From positions 364,560,001-364,624,000 of the forward strand of contig OZ024743.1 of assembly GCA_964016885.1 (NCBI GenBank): a DNA stretch of 64,000 bases, in the 5' to 3' direction. Made by a program: the position numbers and the translations under genes. The notes under the pieces are model-generated. The model was not told the origin of the DNA. It made no database searches and was given only the letters and a program-made list of their open reading frames with translations. This DNA comes from Eledone cirrhosa. Taxonomy: Eukaryota. Shown here piece after piece: positions 1 through 13,087 of this stretch; positions within the stretch are counted from its first letter, which is position 1; every line of letters starts with the position of its first letter.

Positions 1-470
1 GACGACTTGATAAATTCCGACCTCACACCTCTCCAAGACAATGTCACTGGACCAAGATCTTTGGCGCTACGCAGTAATACAGAAGACCCGCCTTGCCTAA
101 GTGCAAAGCGAAACCTAGTCAGTAGGCACCTCTTAACCAAAATACACCTCCGTCCCACTACCCCCACCCCATCCACACCACCCCTTTCGATGTAATGTTA
201 TGTTGGTACCACAACATCCAGTCCTAAACAAATGAGGCCGTGTAGGTGTCACAACAAAAAAACACATCCACGCTGTAATGTGGCCGTGTAGGTAACATGG
301 TAAAAACCTCCCAGTTCACACTGTAAAGGTGGTTGGTATTAGGAAGGGCATCCAGCCGTAGAAAACCAGCCAGACTATATGAGCAAGACAACCAATCTTG
401 CCTCAAGTGGGAAAATTCCTGTCCAAAACCATGCTCGAGTGGAAGATGGACGTTAAACGATGATGATGAT
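1..470 (+). mobile_element. 3' end of RTE-clade LINE (ORF tail, 3' UTR, (GAT)n tail)
   Basis: Colinear with 24758-25380 and 19144-19621; ends ggacgttaaacgatgatgatgat. Confidence 0.9.
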
Positions 471-1853
471 GTCCACACTCACTTAAACATGCACAAAAGC
501 CCATTTAAATGGCGATGCAGTGAATTGGTAGAGCATAGAACAAAATGCCTTGCAGCATTTTGCTTAGTTCTCTTTATTCTGAATTAAAATCAGGTCAAAG
601 TCAACTTTCCCTTTCATCCATTTAGTTGTTAAAAATAAAGTACAGTGGAATTGTTAGAGCAATAGATAAAATGCTTTATATTTGTTTCAGTTCTTTGCCA
701 AAGTACTTGGGTGGTAAACCTAATCTTATCACCTGGCACCCGAGTGCCTTTAGTGGAGTTTATTCCATTGCAAGAATTCAAGTCAGATTTCAGCTTTGAG
801 GATAACTTTCTACCAGTTTTGGAAACCCTGAAAATCATTAAGAGTCATGGGTGCTTCCTTTCCATCCCTGATTAAATCTCATAAAAAACAAAGTATTTTG
901 AAATAAAAAATTAAAATTAAATTTACAGTTCATACCCATACATGCACGTTTAGCTGGCTCCTATAAGGTTACATCTTATAGTAGGTTTCTTGGACATTTT
1001 AATGATAGTAGCTTAAGTTCTATCATGAAAAGCAATGTGAAATGAAGTGTCTTGCTCAAGAACACTCAGTACAAGAATTAAACCCATGACCTTATGATCG
1101 CAAGTTTAACACCCTAACCACAAGGCCTCTTTGGAGATTTATTCTAAATGATATTTGATTTTTCTATTTTATATCTTCTAACACTATTATACATTCCAAA
1201 TATCCTCTCTAATCTACAGTAGTTAATACCATTAAGACTCAGACATTCAACATATAGCACAACAATTCTGATAAAAGCATTAAAAATGTATATTTTGTAC
1301 TAAGTAGCATAAGCAATAATTCCTTGAACTTCATCTACCTTTCCCTCAAACTACACCCTACTATCTTTAAAAAAGAAAACAGGCGTACTGATGAGATTCA
1401 AATCACATCACCCAACAAGCAATAGATACATGGTACAAGTCTCATTGGTATTTATAATGTCTAATATCAAAATGCATTGGAATTCTTATACATATATATA
1501 TATATATATATAGCTTTGGCTGTAGAAAGGGAAAAAACAAAACTCAATACATAAATTTATAATAGCTGCAATGTTTGAAAAGGTATAGCTTTGAAGCTTT
1601 AATAAAATAAGCAGAGCAGCAGTAAGCATTTTAATGCCATTCCTTTCAAGGTTGATAAAGTACTAGCCAAGTACCAAGGGTCAATTGTTTTTCTTTCTCT
1701 CTAAGAAATCAGCTGTGCTCTGACATAGAAAGTCCACCAGGAGTTAAGAGCTCATGGAGGGGTGTTAGAAACCACTCATCTTTGTCGAACTGTTACTTTG
1801 TGGGGCATAAACAAATATCACCATGTTGTTGATATGAAGACAGTAAACTAATA

Positions 1854-2152
1854 CGCCAACTTAACTTTGCCTTTCATCCTTACGGGGGTCGATAAAATAA
1901 AGTACCAGTAATACACTGGGTTATTGCTGGCCTTGTGCCAACAGTAGAAACAATTATATATATAGGTTGATTGGCAGTATCGGTAGAGGGTCGGACGCCA
2001 TGCTTTGACGCAAAGAGTTACGGCCCTTGCCATTCCAAGTTCAAATCCCGCCGAGGCTAACTTTGCCTTTCATCCTTACGGGGTCAATAAAATAAAGTAC
2101 CAGTAATACACTAGGATAATTGCTGGCCTTGTGCCAAAAGTAGAAACAATTA
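1854..2152 (+). mobile_element. Two tandem tRNA-derived SINEs (first 5'-truncated)
   Basis: A-box-like TGGCAGTATCGG, B-box GTTCAAATCC, core gcctttcatccttacggggtcgataaaataaagtaccag, tail gtagaaacaattat; the family recurs many times in the window. Confidence 0.85.
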
Positions 2153-3199
2153 TATATATAGGTTGGGCTTCATTACAGTTTGTCCTCCAATTAACTCATA
2201 GGACTTTAGTTGGTCTGAGGCTATAAAAGACACTTGCTCAAGGTGACATGCAAACCTTTAGTAATCACACTGTTGTAATTTTTTTCTATAGACTATTGCT
2301 GGTGTTTGTAGTTATTAACAGTATTTCGGGAACTTATTGTTTGAGCAAGCATAAAGTTGTTGGTTTGAAACATTAGCACAAATACCAATGTGATGAGAAA
2401 TGGAGAAATGGAAGTAACAGTAATAATGGTGATGATAACCAAAGTCCTCCAAGTATTCTCTCACTCCTCTTTCAACTGGTCATCACTCCCTTGCAAATCG
2501 TCCTCTTAGTTACATTCGCCTTGAAAAAAAACTCAAGACTGAATGGAATGCAAAGGTCTCTTTAGCCTTGCAATGGACATGGCCCTAGTGCTGGTGTCAA
2601 TAAAATGTATCCAGTACATACCATAAAGTGGTTAATGATCAGAGACAACACAGAATAAAGAGGACTCTAAACAAGTCAAGGATATGACAATTTCTGTAGT
2701 GCTGGTGCCCCAATAAACAGTACTCACTACACTACTACACTGTAAAGTGATTGGTGTAGGATAAACCATCCAGCTATAGAAACCATACCAAAAAGAGAAT
2801 GTATGAGCAAGACGTCCACACCCGCTGCTTCATTTAGGACAGTAACTCTGAATAAATACTGACTTGGACCATGAAGATCTATTCAACCCATGCCAACTGA
2901 AGATCTATCCCACCCATGTTAAATGATGAAATCAAAAAAAAGCAGTCAATTGCTTTTATACTATAGTGTCTCAGCTAAAAATGATTTGTAACGTAATGAG
3001 TTTGTCAAATAAACATGATTATTTTGACTTACAGGGTGATAGTGGCATAATTGAATATATTGATTTCTTATACTGATACAAGACTAACATTTTACAGGAA
3101 GGAGGGGTACAACAGATCTTTATTGGAAGCCTTATAAGAATGTGTTAGCTTTATCTGTCTACTATTCAGATCAATCTTTGTGGGAAGGGTCATATTCAA

Positions 3200-3720
3200 T
3201 GGGTCCATAGTTGTTTCAGTGCTTGGTTGCAAGATTACAGTCTTTAAACAGAGATTTTAGGTTGCTATTTAGTACACTATGAAGCATACAATTAAAAGGT
3301 TTTTGAAGGCACCATCCGTACTCCTTAAATACCTTAAAACGTTTCCAGTATTTTTTGTGGTTTGCAATCAATGCACTCAGCAAGATTTTGCCTATAGTCA
3401 ACAATTCAAAGAGTGTTAATCATTTAGCCCCCAATCTGGCACTCTTGTGCTATGTAGTAATCTGAATACTTTTCTCTGTAGTCATTCCAAGTTGTTTTTC
3501 TTTGTATATAGGATATAGGTTACATACAGGATTAGCATATTCTATGATGGGTCTACAAATGGTTTTGCATGTCAAGGTCATAGTTTTAGCTCTGGTTTTT
3601 CTGAAAGACTTCATAAGCAAGTGTAAGATTTTAACACACATCAATAGTAAAAAGAATGCAAGTCAAAATGTTGTTTGCCTTTATAGGTTTGTACATCAGA
3701 GCATCATCTTCAAACTGACT
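3200..3720 (-). mobile_element. Decayed CR1/L2-like LINE RT C-terminal remnant
   Basis: Minus-strand translation CKTICRPIIEYANPVCNLY resembles the Y..L.RP.LEY...VW.P motif of CR1-type ORF2. Confidence 0.5.
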
Positions 3721-4736
3721 TGGTATGGTGATTCATCATGATTATTTTAGGAAAAATCATTTACATATAACAGCAATAAAAAAAACCCTAACACAGAACT
3801 TTGTTCTCCCAATATTATATGGGTTACTTCTGATTTACTACCATTCAGTATCATTTGTAGCATTACTATTTAATCAGACTTATGCAAGGGACTTAATATT
3901 GTTTCGGTAGTGTTTACATTTGTGTATTAATTAATGAAAAAATACAGTATTGAAGGTTTTTGCAATATCAAGTACTATTACATCCATACTGATAATTTTT
4001 GTCCCAGTTTTCTGTCATATTTTGTACTGTGTTGAATTTGAGATTCACAACTGTTATGCTCTAAAGCCTTGCTAACATTCAATGACCATTTTGGCATCCA
4101 GATAGTTCAATATTGCTCTTAAGTATATGTTCAACTGTTAGAGAGGTGATTGGTGTAATTTAGATTTGTCTACAGTTTAGAGGCTCAAATTTAGAGCATT
4201 TTGTTGTATACAGATATGACAACAGTCTGGAGAAAAATTTGTTCTGTCCAGTAACAATGTTTTATTACAGGTTACACCTGTTTAGGTTTAGCTGACCTCA
4301 TTAATTTGCTACACAGATTTCTTCAGTATTTAATGATAGGAGCCCCATTCCTATCATATCACTATTTCCCCAATGACTCAACACACAGAGCCAGAACGGA
4401 TACCACAAGGCATCCTGTCTTCCCCTGAACTGGTCCTTTATTTATAGAACCTGAACCTGAACAGATGAAAGGCAAACTTGACCTTGATTCTTGGACTAAG
4501 ATTATTTAATAGTCTTAATATTGTGTCCACTAGTATGATATCAGAAACCAGTGGTTCTGTTTAATCATTAGACAAGTCTGGGAGGTTGCTATTATGGTAG
4601 GTATATACTCAGCTATTTCTTCAGGGTTATCATTATTGCAGTTATTTTAAGTGCTTCATGTAGTGACTGGAACCTCTTTTTTCTGCAATGCATTTGTAGA
4701 GAGATTAGCCTTTTCCATCTTTGAGTGTTTGTTTAA

Positions 4737-4951
4737 CCCTTTAACATTTACATTACTGTATATTTACTATATTTTCATGGTAAAGGATTTATCTTGCATG
4801 ATTGTCTCACATAATATCAAATCTATGAGATTTTGATATTTATTTTGAAAACAATGCCCTAACATCAGTATGTGTGGCTGGTTACAGCTAGTTTGAACAG
4901 AAAGAGGTGAAAGAATTCTGGCTGGATACAGCTGGTTTAAATGCTAAAGGG
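4737..4951. mobile_element. piggyBac-like MITE
   Basis: TIRs CCCTTTAACATTTA / TAAATGCTAAAGGG flanked by TTAA and TTAT; related copy at 54504-54682. Confidence 0.6.
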
Positions 4952-7081
4952 TTATACTAGTGGTTCCCAGCCTGGAGTCTGCATATCTCTGGGAGTCTGC
5001 AAAGGTAGTACTGGAGGTCTGTGAGCTAAGTTCAAAATTTCAAAAGCTTGGCAAGAAAACAAGATACACAGCTTACATGGTTATTCTCACCATATAACAA
5101 TCTGGGAGAAGAGTAACTATAGAAAAATGTCTGGGGGGGGGGGGGGACCCTTGGTTTAGAAAGTCATTAAAATTATTCATCATTTTTCTTTTACATGTTT
5201 TGTACTGTTTTGTTTACCTATCTGACATTGGGTCAAATCCGAAGACATTAAACTGTTGATGTAATTTTCTTGTTTTGGATAGTCAACTTGGATCTCCATG
5301 GTGTTCTGCAGTCATTAACAGTTTCAATAGGAATTAGCATTTTACATTCACTCTCCATGTTGCTAACTTTGGATGGTCCAAAACTAAAAAGGGCAGAGAA
5401 CCAGATCTTGCTCATACATTCCATATTTTGACATGGCTTCTATGGCTGGATGCATGCCCTTCCTAAGACCAATTCAATTTAAAATGATGCTGAAAAGTGA
5501 GATTTTAAATGGTATCCAAATACTTAGTGTAATATTGATTTGGTCCTTCTAGGACTACTAGTTCTCTTTTTACTTGCATTCATTTTGATGATGAGATGAC
5601 TCCCTGTAATGGGTGAATATTTTGGCATTTGAATAAAAATGGCTACATGGTCAGGGATACCATTTTCTGTTTCTAGTATTTGTATGTTATCAATCATCAT
5701 TTTACCTCCATTTTCCATGCTGGCATGGAATGGATGTGCTGTTATGGTCTAAGTCAGTTCTTATTCCAAGTTACTGTCCGCCTAATTGGGTTGAGGGATC
5801 ACAACTCATCATACCTTCTAATTTTGGCATGGTTTCTACAGGTGGATCTCCTACCTAACACCAATCATTTTACAAAATGTATTAGATGCATTTTATCATG
5901 GCACCAACACTAGTGAGGTTGTCCTTGATGTAACTAAAGAGTTTTCTTTACTCAATGTTGTTACAGTTTTAATTGCCAACGACTTTACAAGTGGACTGGG
6001 TTAACTGTATACTACTCAAGTGAGGGTTAGTATCAGGAAGGGTATCTGATCATAGAATTCTGCCACAAATCTTGTCCAATTCATGCCAACATAAGAAAAC
6101 AGATGTAAAATTGATAATGACAGCTTAGAGATTCTAGGATGTATGTTTTATTACCATTCCATGTAGTGAAGACTGGCTTAGTGGTTAGGGTGTTGGACTC
6201 ATACAGTAATGGGTTTAATTTCTGTACAAGGTAGTGTGTTGTGTTCTTGAGGGAGACTTCATTTCACGTTCATGACAGGACTGGGGCTCCTCTCAATAAA
6301 ACACACAAGAAACCTTATGCTATACATCCTTGTAAGTTTTAAATTTATTTTTTTATTTTACTTACATGTTAGTAATTTAGTTATTTGGAAATATAGACTG
6401 TGACGATATAATTTTGTCAATTCTCTTCTAATTTTGAATAAGGATTGAAGTGTCAGCTTCCTTCTGTTTATAATTTCCTGTACTTGCATGACTGTATCAA
6501 ACAGCATGTATGTTACTAGCACATATTTTATGGATCCCGGAAAGAGTGAGGGTAAAATCTATTCTGTGAAAGTATAGAACTCAGAAGACAAATATGTTCA
6601 GTAAATAATCAATGCTTCCCTATTTCCGGAGTTCTAGTTACTACTATTGTTAATTGCTCCGATTTCTGAAGACATTGGCTTTACATTGTACTACATGCTT
6701 TCCGGTTTTGTTTCCTCATAAATTTCTTAATTTGAAGACATACAGTTGCGGAGATATAGATTATGATGATATAAATTAAAAATAATTTTCTTTCTGCATG
6801 TCATGTGTAGAAATCACATTACGTTCCTGTAGACAATATATGAAATCTTACAAACATAGACTGAAAGTATTCAGTTATAAAAGCATTAACGAATGGAAGT
6901 ATACAATAATTGTTTCTACTATTGGCACAAGGCCAGCAATTACCCAGTACATTACTGGTACTTTATTTTATCGAAGTATACAATAATGAAAGTTGTTCGC
7001 TTTTTTATTTCCAAGGAAGCATTGAACTGTAGTTATGTCAACTAGCAATACTTTTATTTATTTATTTTTTTTTAATTAAAG

Positions 7082-7082
<1 letters not shown>

Positions 7083-7121
<39 letters not shown>
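7083..7121. repeat. (GT)n microsatellite
   Basis: Direct reading. Confidence 0.95.
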
Positions 7122-7122
<1 letters not shown>

Positions 7123-7990
7123 AATAAAACTATTTAATATTTATCAATCATCGAAGACATCCAATAGTAGGTTTGATTTGATTTCGAATCTAATATATCT
7201 CGAACTTTTTTTATCATTCGAACCAGCTGATTGACCTAATTAAAAAAAAAAAGAGTAGTCCTTTGTAATGCGGATCAAGCGAACATTTTTTTTATGTTCT
7301 ATTCAACATATGCCACATCATTAAACAGTCGATCTAACCCAACTAGTAATTAAAGAGGACGACACTAAAAACAACACATTTGCTATTGCTTATGAATTAA
7401 CATTTACTAAACGATCGAGCGAAAGAATATATAACTATGTTATATAAAATTGACACAGAAAATTGTGTGTGGCGTAATTTAGGTTTACGACAAAGTTGAC
7501 ATCAACTTTCCCCTGTGCCGTAATACTCTTTCAATATACGTTATTTCACAGACGTTTTCCACAGTTCTTCCAGTCACAGCCATTTATTTCACATAAAATA
7601 TTTGCGGTATAAACTAAAAATAGCTCGATGCCACAATTTGACCCAAAGGCTATTATTATACTTCAAGTTATCTAAACGCATTATAATAACAAACATGGCT
7701 ATCTATCTTACAGAATACGATTCCTTCTCAAAGCTATTTTCGTTCGACTTATATGCGAGAAAAAAAGCTCAGCAAAAATGAGTAAGTAGCACAATGAACC
7801 TAGAATATGATCATTTATCGTAGTCCGACGAGATGACAAAACGACTGACACCTATCAAAAATAATTAAAATTACGGAGCTTTTATTTTAATTTGAGATTT
7901 CTTAACCCAATAGACAATTTGAGAAACTAAATTGGAATTCAAAGTTTAAAAATACGTGACTTTATATAGCATGTACATTACAAACGGTGT

Positions 7991-8002
7991 TATATATATA
8001 TA

Positions 8003-8062
<60 letters not shown>
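7991..8062. repeat. (TA)n(CA)n compound microsatellite
   Basis: Direct reading. Confidence 0.95.
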
Positions 8063-8354
8063 TTCGCCAAGCGTGTAGGTCCAGTAATAATGTTTGCCGA
8101 GAAAGTATTTTGGTATGTGTGTTATACAGTTCAAACAGAATGAAGTATATTACAGTAAAAAGCGATTAACAATCAAGATGGTTTGATTATAAATGTAACA
8201 ACAGCTAAAGGATTACATAGGGGGAAAAGGAGAAAGATTCATACGCATTAACTGTTGTATCCAAATATTCGATCTGCTGAGTTGTGTTACATACACCATT
8301 AACCATTTACATTTCATATAAACGAGTTTAACGAAAATATAGCAGTAACATTAC

Positions 8355-8487
8355 CTCTAGCTTTCACAGATGGATATAGTTTCTCTGCTTTGTTTAAAAA
8401 TTTTAACGCTTTTTCCTTTTCACCATCAGCTATATGCTTTTCGGCTATCGAAATACACCGCTCGCTCTCATCCTTATTGCCCTCCAT
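8355..8487 (-). CDS. DNAJB12: DnaJ homolog subfamily B member 12/14-like, first coding exon (133 nt, phase-1 intron follows; rest not identified in window)
   Basis: MEGNKDESERCISIAEKHIADGEKEKALKFLNKAEKLYPSVKAR matches the DNAJB12/14 N-terminus (ME.N.DE.ERC..IA....A..FL.KA..LYP); good start context aagATGG; donor AG|GTAATG at 8354. Confidence 0.88.
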
Positions 8488-8504
8488 CTTGACTATATAG
8501 CCTT

Positions 8505-8570
8505 CGACAGGAAGTGAAACTCGAGAGTAACGCAAGTTTTGATTGGCTTCGATGATACACTACGTCATTA
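8505..8570 (-). promoter_or_regulatory. Putative TATA-less housekeeping promoter of the DNAJB12/14-like gene
   Basis: ETS-like CAGGAAGTG (8508), CCAAT box (ATTGG at 8542) and CRE-like TACGTCA (8561) clustered 20-80 nt upstream of the ATG, in locally CpG-retaining DNA. Confidence 0.5.
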
Positions 8571-8787
8571 CTTTATCTGATGGCCGACAATATCATCGTC
8601 TGTACGACCTGTTATCTCCCTCACTCTCTTACGATCTATTCATCTATCTATTATGAAATACTGTTGGCTTCTTGCTCACAATAATTTCTATACTTTTCAT
8701 TTATGTATATAATATATATATATATAATATCTATCTATAAATGCATTATCTCTTTCTCACTCAGTCTCTTTCTTTTTCTATCTATGT

Positions 8788-8968
8788 ATAATTGTTTCTA
8801 CTTTTACCAGCAATTACTCTAGTGCATTACTAGTGCTTTATTTTACCGACCCCGTAAGGATGAAAAGCAAAGTTAACCTCGGCGAGATTTGAACTCCAAC
8901 GGTAAAGGGCCGTAACTCTATGCTGCAAAACATAGTGCCCGATTATCTAACGATACTGCCGATCCACA
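8788..8968 (-). mobile_element. tRNA-derived SINE, same family as 1854-2152
   Basis: Reverse complement of the shared SINE core and tail. Confidence 0.8.
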
Positions 8969-8973
8969 CATAG

Positions 8974-9913
8974 CATCATCATCGTTTAACGTCCATTCCT
9001 CACGCTAGCATGAGTTAGATGAGTTTTCCTATTGGAGGCAAGTCGGGTCAGGTGACCATGTCTTGCTCATACAGAACTGTTTCTAGCTTATATGCCCTTC
9101 TTAACGCCAACTATTTACAGTGTGTGCAGGGTGTTTTTTGTTGTGGCACCTACACGACCACTTTACAGTGTGGGCTGGGTGTTTTTTGTCATGATACCAA
9201 CACAACCTCTTTACAGTATGGACCGGGTGCTTTTTGTCGTGACACCAAAACAACCAATTTACAGTGTGGACTAGGGCCATTTCCATGAGGGAATCTGGTC
9301 CCTGTTTTCCTTTCTACATACTAGGACTTTAGTCTTTGACATGTTAACTTTAAGACCTTTTGATTCTAAGCCATGCTTCCAGGTTTGGAATTTCTTCTCT
9401 AATTCTGCCATAGTTTTAGCTATAAGGGTTAGATAATCTGCATACAGAAGTTCCTATGAGCAGCCAGTCTTCTGTTATAGCCCCATAGGCCAATAATAAA
9501 CAGAAGAGAGCTAAGGTCAGCGCTCTGATGGACACCTATCTGCACGCTAAATTTTTCAATATAGTCATTATTAATTCTAACCTTGCTGACTGTTTCTCTC
9601 TACATGGCTTGTACTGCCTTCACAAGCCACTCATCTACTCTTAGTTTTCTAAGAGCCCATCAGATAATGGAACAAGGAATTCTGTCAAAAGTTTTCTCCT
9701 GGTCAACATGGAATAAATAGAGAAGTTTACTTTTAACTGGATACTTCTGATGTCGTGTCACAAGGAAGAGAGCATCTGTGGTACTTTTACCTGGCACAAA
9801 CTGCATTTCATTTAGTTTAACTCGGTCACTAATCAACTGTGCTATAACTTTTTATGTGACCTTCATGACCTGTTCTACCAACTTGATGCCTCTATAGTTT
9901 TCTCTGTCTAGAG
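8974..9913 (-). mobile_element. Decayed RTE LINE (tail, 3' UTR, RT fragment), interrupted by hAT element and resuming at 12590-12635
   Basis: (CAT)n at 8974; reverse-complement similarity to the RT region 17770-18470; reading CSSLIVNCYKRKEDALD continues across the insertion. Confidence 0.85.
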
Positions 9914-10599
9914 CACAGGTTCTCAACCCATTTAGGCCAAACACCCCCTTTTGTCCCTCAAAATCATGAAACGACCCCCCCCCCCCCACCACCACACCCT
10001 ATTTTTCCATTTTTCAATATACTACTGATTTTGATATCTGTAGATTACTAAAAAATTGATTAACAATATTCCAAAGATACCATTGCAGGCAGCTGAGAGT
10101 ATAAATACATTCCTTGAAAGGAAATATATAAATTTCAAAAAAAAGGAACATAAATGTTCTTTTTTATGAATAAGGACCAGTTGAATTTGTTATATTCCCA
10201 CCAGGCGATACCAGCTATTTTGAAGTTTACTTTTAACTGGATACTTCTGTCTATCCAAAGAGTGCTCTTATCTGGAAGAAAGTGGCAATTATATCATTTC
10301 AAAGCTTTCCAATTTTCCCTTTAATGAAACGGACAGAATAAATGTTGATATCTAACTTGATATCCCCTCTGCTTTGTGAGCTTAGAGACCACGGAAGAGG
10401 GTTTTCATGACCACGCGGGAGGGTATATTTATTAGTAAATGGTAAAATATATACAACAAATGAGTAAGTGAATTGTAGTAGATGGTTTCCAGTCTAGTCA
10501 GACTGCAACTACAAATAAAAAAAATTGTTAGTTTGCTTTGTAACAATAGCATATCTAAGTTTTCGGATAAATCAACTTACTTTAACTTTGACCTCATTT

Positions 10600-11655
10600 C
10601 TATGGGACCCTTGAACTTTAAGGAGTCTAGCTAACTCTTTGACGTCAGGCTGGATTTTTCGTAAGATGTAGCCAAAAATCTCCACATGTAATTACATTGT
10701 AGCGGTTGCGAGCCTTACTGTGCAGTCTCGAAACAGCACCAAACCTCCTCTTGACTAAGTATGAGCTTGGAAAAGGCAGAGCAAATCTCTTAGCCTCTGC
10801 ATGTAGGTGTGGAAATCGACGCTGAATTTCCTCTTGCATCCAAAAAGGGGGTTCACCTATTTTGGGAAATCTAATTTTGATCATGTCATCTACTTGAAGT
10901 TCAATGAATTCTTCCTGAAATATAACGTCCAAATCATCGACGTTAGCTGTGAAGGGATCTGCTACCCACATTGGGATGTCCATCAGCAAAAGGTCGACAA
11001 ACCGTTCTCTCATGTTGTCTTGTAGCGCACGGAGATGAGCGGTATAAATTTGGAGTTGGTCATCGCTTACAATGTTTTGAACATTGGCGACACTAGGAAA
11101 ATTATAGAATTCCCGTCAACAAAGATTCCTTTCGATGACATTCAATTTGGCCAGGAATGTTTTCACAGCATTCCTTGCTTTAAGCAAGGTGATCTTCTTC
11201 CCCTGCAAAACCAAAATGACACTATTGCATTTGTCGACGATGTTGGTGAGGTGGGCGCAGTTTTGCTTCACATCGAGGGTTTTCTTGTACAGTTCTGTGT
11301 TGCGTCCTCGCAGAAACTCAATGATAGAGTCAAACAGTTCAAAGAAGTGAGTAAGGCACTTGCCCCTTGAAAGCCACCTCACTTCATTATGAAGGAGCAA
11401 CTTGACGAATTCTTCATCATTATCTTGGCACAGTTGCCGGAAAATTTGTTCATTGAGGGAATGCCGTTTGATAAAATTGATGACATCAAGGGCCACCTGC
11501 AAGGACTTGCTCAGTGGCTTCTTCACAGCCAAGTGTTGTCGATGAATGACACAATGAACAACAAATACAGATAGATTTTCTCTCTTCAGAAGAGTGACGA
11601 AACCCTTATGTTGGCCGACCATTGCTCTAGCGTCGTCCGTAGCACATGATACAAT
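10600..11655 (-). pseudogene. hAT transposase pseudogene (ZBED8/SCAND3/Buster-like), frameshifted, N-terminal half missing
   Basis: Motifs IVSCATDD.RAMVG, HCVIHRQHL, LLLHNEVRWLSRG, FPSSYLVKRRFGAV across ORFs 11116-11622 and 10645-11013. Confidence 0.9.
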
Positions 11656-12095
11656 GTGTGTTGTATTTGGTCCTAGATGTATGTATTACCTGCTTGTGTG
11701 TTGTAGGTAGACCTAGATGTATGTATTACCTGCTTATGTATTGCATGTGGTCCTAGATGTATGTATTACCTGATTATGTGTTGTATGTGGTCCTAGATGT
11801 TTGTATTACCTGATTATGTGTTGTATGTGGTCCTAGATGTTTGTATTACCTGCTTATGTGTTATATGTGGTCCTAAATGTATGTATTACTTGCCTGTGTG
11901 TTGTATGTGGTCCTAGATGTGTGTGCTACCTCCTTATGTGTTGTATGTAGTCCTAGATGTGTGTATTACCTGCTTATGTGTTGTATGTGGTCCTAGATGT
12001 GTGTATTACCTGCTTATGTGTTGTATGTGGTCCTAGATGTGTGTATTATCTGATTATGTGTTGTATGTGGTCCTAGATGTGTGTGCTACCCGCTT
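11656..12095. repeat. 40-bp minisatellite, about 11 copies
   Basis: Unit atgtgttgtatgtggtcctagatgtgtgtattacctgctt; the tcctag core recurs every 40 nt from 11671 to 12071. Confidence 0.95.
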
Positions 12096-13087
12096 CTGTT
12101 TTTTTTTTTCTTTTTTTCTTTGTAATATTATTTATACAATAGGAAATAAAATAGATCTACATAGTGTTAACTCGTTACGGTTGAGTCAATAATTTCAGAC
12201 ATGAAATACATTATCGGTGAAGGAAAGACAATATTCTAACTGGCTGTGATTGAAATATCCTTGACCCAGTTGACTGTGGGTTTTTCCATTGTTAGGATCT
12301 CAATTGCCGGTTAATGTCTAAACACGCCTGCACACCTGCTCACAGCTGCGGCCAGACTATAGTTATGCTGTCTGCATGCTCATTCAAATGCATTCACACT
12401 GGCTGTCTCAAGGACATACAAATTTGCTTATAAAACTTACCAAAGTAAAGAGCCTTCCAGTGCACTCCAAAGCTCCAAACGCCCCCCTAATGCCCCCTTG
12501 CTCCCAAACGCCCCCCCCCCCCCCCCCCGGATTTTCGAAATGCCCCCTGGGGGTGCATATGCCCCCCGTTGAGAACCTTTGGTCTAGAGCATCTTCTTTG
12601 CGCTTGTAGCAGTTAACTATGAGGCTGCTACACAACTTTCCCTAATGAATGAAAGTGAACAGGTCACAAACATTAAAATATGCTCTTCAGATTTCAATCA
12701 ACCCCCTGCAGTTTTGTCGAAACTGTTCACTTTCATCCATTCTTTTTCCTCCATCCTATTTTCTCTTCCTTCCTTTGAGTCAACTCACATTGAGCCGCTG
12801 ATCTCTGTCCTTTGAGGTAATATTTTACCCAACACCACTTTGATGGTATTTTGCTGTTCTAACAGCTTCCATATGCTGAGTTTTCCAATTTTCCTGAGTA
12901 TCCTAATACACTTGTGTCTCAAAACTTATCAACTACTAATTACTAATTTTCTTTTCCCTTACTAGCTGCCCCCACTTTATCCCAACACTATGTATATTTA
13001 TAACAATCTTCTCTTCTTCTTCCATACCTCACATATTCCTTCACTTTCCTTTCTCTTTTCATTTTCCCCTTTTTTTATGCATTTCAT

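Larger units (their letters stand above)
9914..12581 (-). mobile_element. hAT DNA transposon, Buster/Charlie type, internally deleted
   Basis: TIRs CACAGGTTCTCAAC / GTTGAGAACCTTTG; perfect 8-bp TSD GTCTAGAG at 9906-9913 and 12582-12589, fitting the NTCTAGAN Charlie/Buster target consensus. Confidence 0.93.

Noticed and set aside
3027-3075. Possible DNAJB12 exon 2 at a minus-strand GTAAGT donor
   Set aside because: No DnaJ-like translation or convincing acceptor; a similar lone donor near 6360 is also unsupported.
7946-8169. ORFs with YI/HT repeats (also 29002-29345, 29957-30239, 34789-35352)
   Set aside because: Translations of microsatellites and LINE UTR.
10807-11574. Plus-strand ORFs over the hAT transposase
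   Set aside because: Antisense shadows of the transposase; the same applies to the many minus-strand ORFs over the RTE, CR1 and CRE elements.
12650-12735. Hammerhead remnant near the PLE array (CTGAAGA on minus, GAAACTGTTC on plus, 13-bp inverted repeat)
   Set aside because: The core halves are on opposite strands, so no complete fold can be drawn.
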